Assembly: GCA_963823665.1 (NCBI GenBank)
Contig: CAWGMQ010000004.1
Coordinates: 32,001 to 96,000 of the forward strand
DNA length: 64,000 bases
Direction: 5' to 3'
From: an uncultured Planctomycetota bacterium
GTDB lineage: Bacteria; Planctomycetota; Planctomycetia; Isosphaerales; Isosphaeraceae
A program made the position numbers and the translations under genes. The notes below the pieces were generated by a model, which searched no databases, was not told the DNA's origin, and saw nothing but the letters and a program-made list of their open reading frames with translations. Shown one piece after another: positions 62,432-64,000 of this stretch. The first letter of the stretch is position 1, and each line of letters starts with the position of its first letter.

Positions 62432-64000
62432 CTACAATCGGGCTGCAAGCTCCCGGAATCGGTCTGGCCAGGAGCCAGGGCCTAGCTCGGGATGCAAGAG
62501 TCGGAACTGTTCCCAGACACGGCGCGCGCGCTGGCGGTCGATCCGCTCGAGGGTCTCGATCTGGTGAAACTTGGCCTCAAACCACGCGGCGGAGTCACGA
62601 GGAAGTCGCTCGAGCAGCTCGCGCCAGCTTTCAAGCGCGCGATCGGTATGGCCGGCGCGTTGATTCGCCAGACCCGTCAGGCGCATGATCTCGGGATCGT
62701 CGGGTCTGGCGATGCGGAGGACACTGAGAGAGCGGAGGGCGATCTCGGGCTTGTCTGCCTCGACAGCGTACCGAGCCATCCTGAGGTAGACGAGGCGCAG
62801 CGTGGGATTGGTTTTCACTCGATCCGGGAAATCAGCGAGGGCAGACGCCAGCCGCCGGTGAATATCGAGGGCCGCGGCGGCCCTCACCGGGCGCTCGGCC
62901 GCACTCGCGGCATGGAAGTCTTGATCGGCTAGTTCGGCCAGTGCCGTGAGGCAGGCGCGTTCGTGCGCCGCGGCGCCGGGCTGTCCGACGAGCCAGGTCG
63001 CGTGCTCGCGAATCGCCGCGGAATCGCCGTCGGCCCGAGCAAGCTGAAATCGGCGGACCCGATATTCGATGGTACCAGGGTCACCGGCCTTGCGCTTGGA
63101 TACGAGTGCCTCCGCCTCGTTGAGGGCTGCCCGCGCGCGCTCACGGTCCGGCGGGTTGGCTGCCAGCGCCAGGTCGACACTGAACAGCAACAGATCGAGC
63201 CGGCCGCCGGGGTCAGCATCGCCACGGATTTGCGGCAGGGCTTCGCGCAACACGGTGGCAAGAGACTCGGTCATAGGCGACGAAGCCCGGTCAGCCGCGG
63301 TGAGCGCGACCCAGCGCCCGTGCAGCTTTCGCGCGATCGCGACCTGTGTTGCCGTATCCTTCGCCGGGTCTTTTGTGAGTTCTTCGGGCGAGGCGAGCTC
63401 CCGGCGCAGGCGTGCGACCAGCTCGTCGGCCCGAGCCGCGCCGGGGTGGTCGGGATGGGCCTGCCGGAACGCTCGTGCTTCCTCGGCGATGCGCTCGAGG
63501 CGCCGGGCGGGAGGATCGTCGGCCAGGCTCCAGCCCACGAGCAATGCCATCCACTCGGCGTCGCCCTCCGGCAGCTTCTGGGCCTTCCATTCTTCGGCGG
63601 CCTTCCGAAAGGCGTCGCGGGCTTGCGCCAGCTCGCCCAGCCGGAACAAGCACCACGCCTGGCCGAAGCGGCATTCCGCGCTAAGGGCGGGCTCGGGTTT
63701 GTCAGCGAGCGCGGCCGTGAAGGCGGCGAGCGCGTTCGAGTATCGCTCGGCGCCCGCCCCCGTTTCCGCAGCGCCCAGCGCGGCCTGGCCGCGCAGCCAG
63801 TTCGCGAACGCCCCCGGCGAGACCGCAGACGACAGGTCTCGGCTGCCAAGCTGCGAGCGAGCCAGGTCGGACCGGCCAAGCTGAATGAAGCCGCGAATGC
63901 CCAGCGCCGCCAGGCGGTCGCCGAGCTCTCGCGCTGGCGACGGTCCGGGGCCAGCACCCCGAACGAGCAACGAGCACAAGGCCGCCTTCGCTGGGGAAAA
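62432..64000 (-). CDS. TPR-containing helical protein (5'-partial, begins outside the window)
   Basis: Long open frame with TPR-like helices and a 'W.ELL..LP..S.AWFEAK(F/Y)H' C-terminus. Confidence 0.75.
   Translation of the reverse strand, partial: FSPAKAALCSLLVRGAGPGPSPARELGDRLAALGIRGFIQLGRSDLARSQLGSRDLSSAVSPGAFANWLRGQAALGAAETGAGAERYSNALAAFTAALADKPEPALSAECRFGQAWCLFRLGELAQARDAFRKAAEEWKAQKLPEGDAEWMALLVGWSLADDPPARRLERIAEEARAFRQAHPDHPGAARADELVARLRRELASPEELTKDPAKDTATQVAIARKLHGRWVALTAADRASSPMTESLATVLREALPQIRGDADPGGRLDLLLFSVDLALAANPPDRERARAALNEAEALVSKRKAGDPGTIEYRVRRFQLARADGDSAAIREHATWLVGQPGAAAHERACLTALAELADQDFHAASAAERPVRAAAALDIHRRLASALADFPDRVKTNPTLRLVYLRMARYAVEADKPEIALRSLSVLRIARPDDPEIMRLTGLANQRAGHTDRALESWRELLERLPRDSAAWFEAKFHQIETLERIDRQRARRVWEQFRLLHPELGPGSWPDRFRELAARL

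Overview
A GC-rich bacterial window whose gene content strongly suggests a Planctomycete (Isosphaeraceae-like): an ECF sigma-WD40 fusion, a CRTAC1/ASPIC-UnbV protein, PEP-CTERM, Uma2, several Hanks-type kinases with WD40/TPR tails and a 'LE-R-LLS' secretion signal. Many genes are broken by single-base indels, most likely assembly error. The left half (1-29 kb) holds surface and secreted proteins, repeat proteins and small accessory genes or remnants, including abutting PemK and ART-like toxin fragments. The right half holds two related loci. Locus A (29.7-37.3 kb) has a Zn-ribbon TRAFAC GTPase, a GAP1-N2-like membrane protein, a large helical membrane protein and a GYF_2x2-DUF4190 protein. Locus B (42.3-60.8 kb) is a nine-gene co-oriented operon with a membrane-anchored Zn-ribbon GTPase, an atypical Ser/Thr kinase with helical repeats, a GAP1-N2-like/WD40 giant protein, a membrane/exported protein, a TerY-like vWA protein, a PP2C phosphatase, a secreted multi-repeat (BON-like) protein, a membrane-anchored Ig-like protein and a multi-TM FHA/Zn-ribbon protein. 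Locus B looks like a hybrid of a GTPase/GAP1 conflict system and a vWA-kinase-PP2C phospho-switch, built as a trans-envelope complex. No rRNA, tRNA, CRISPR array or intact transposase/integrase was recognised. All family calls come from reading motifs by eye, not from database searches.
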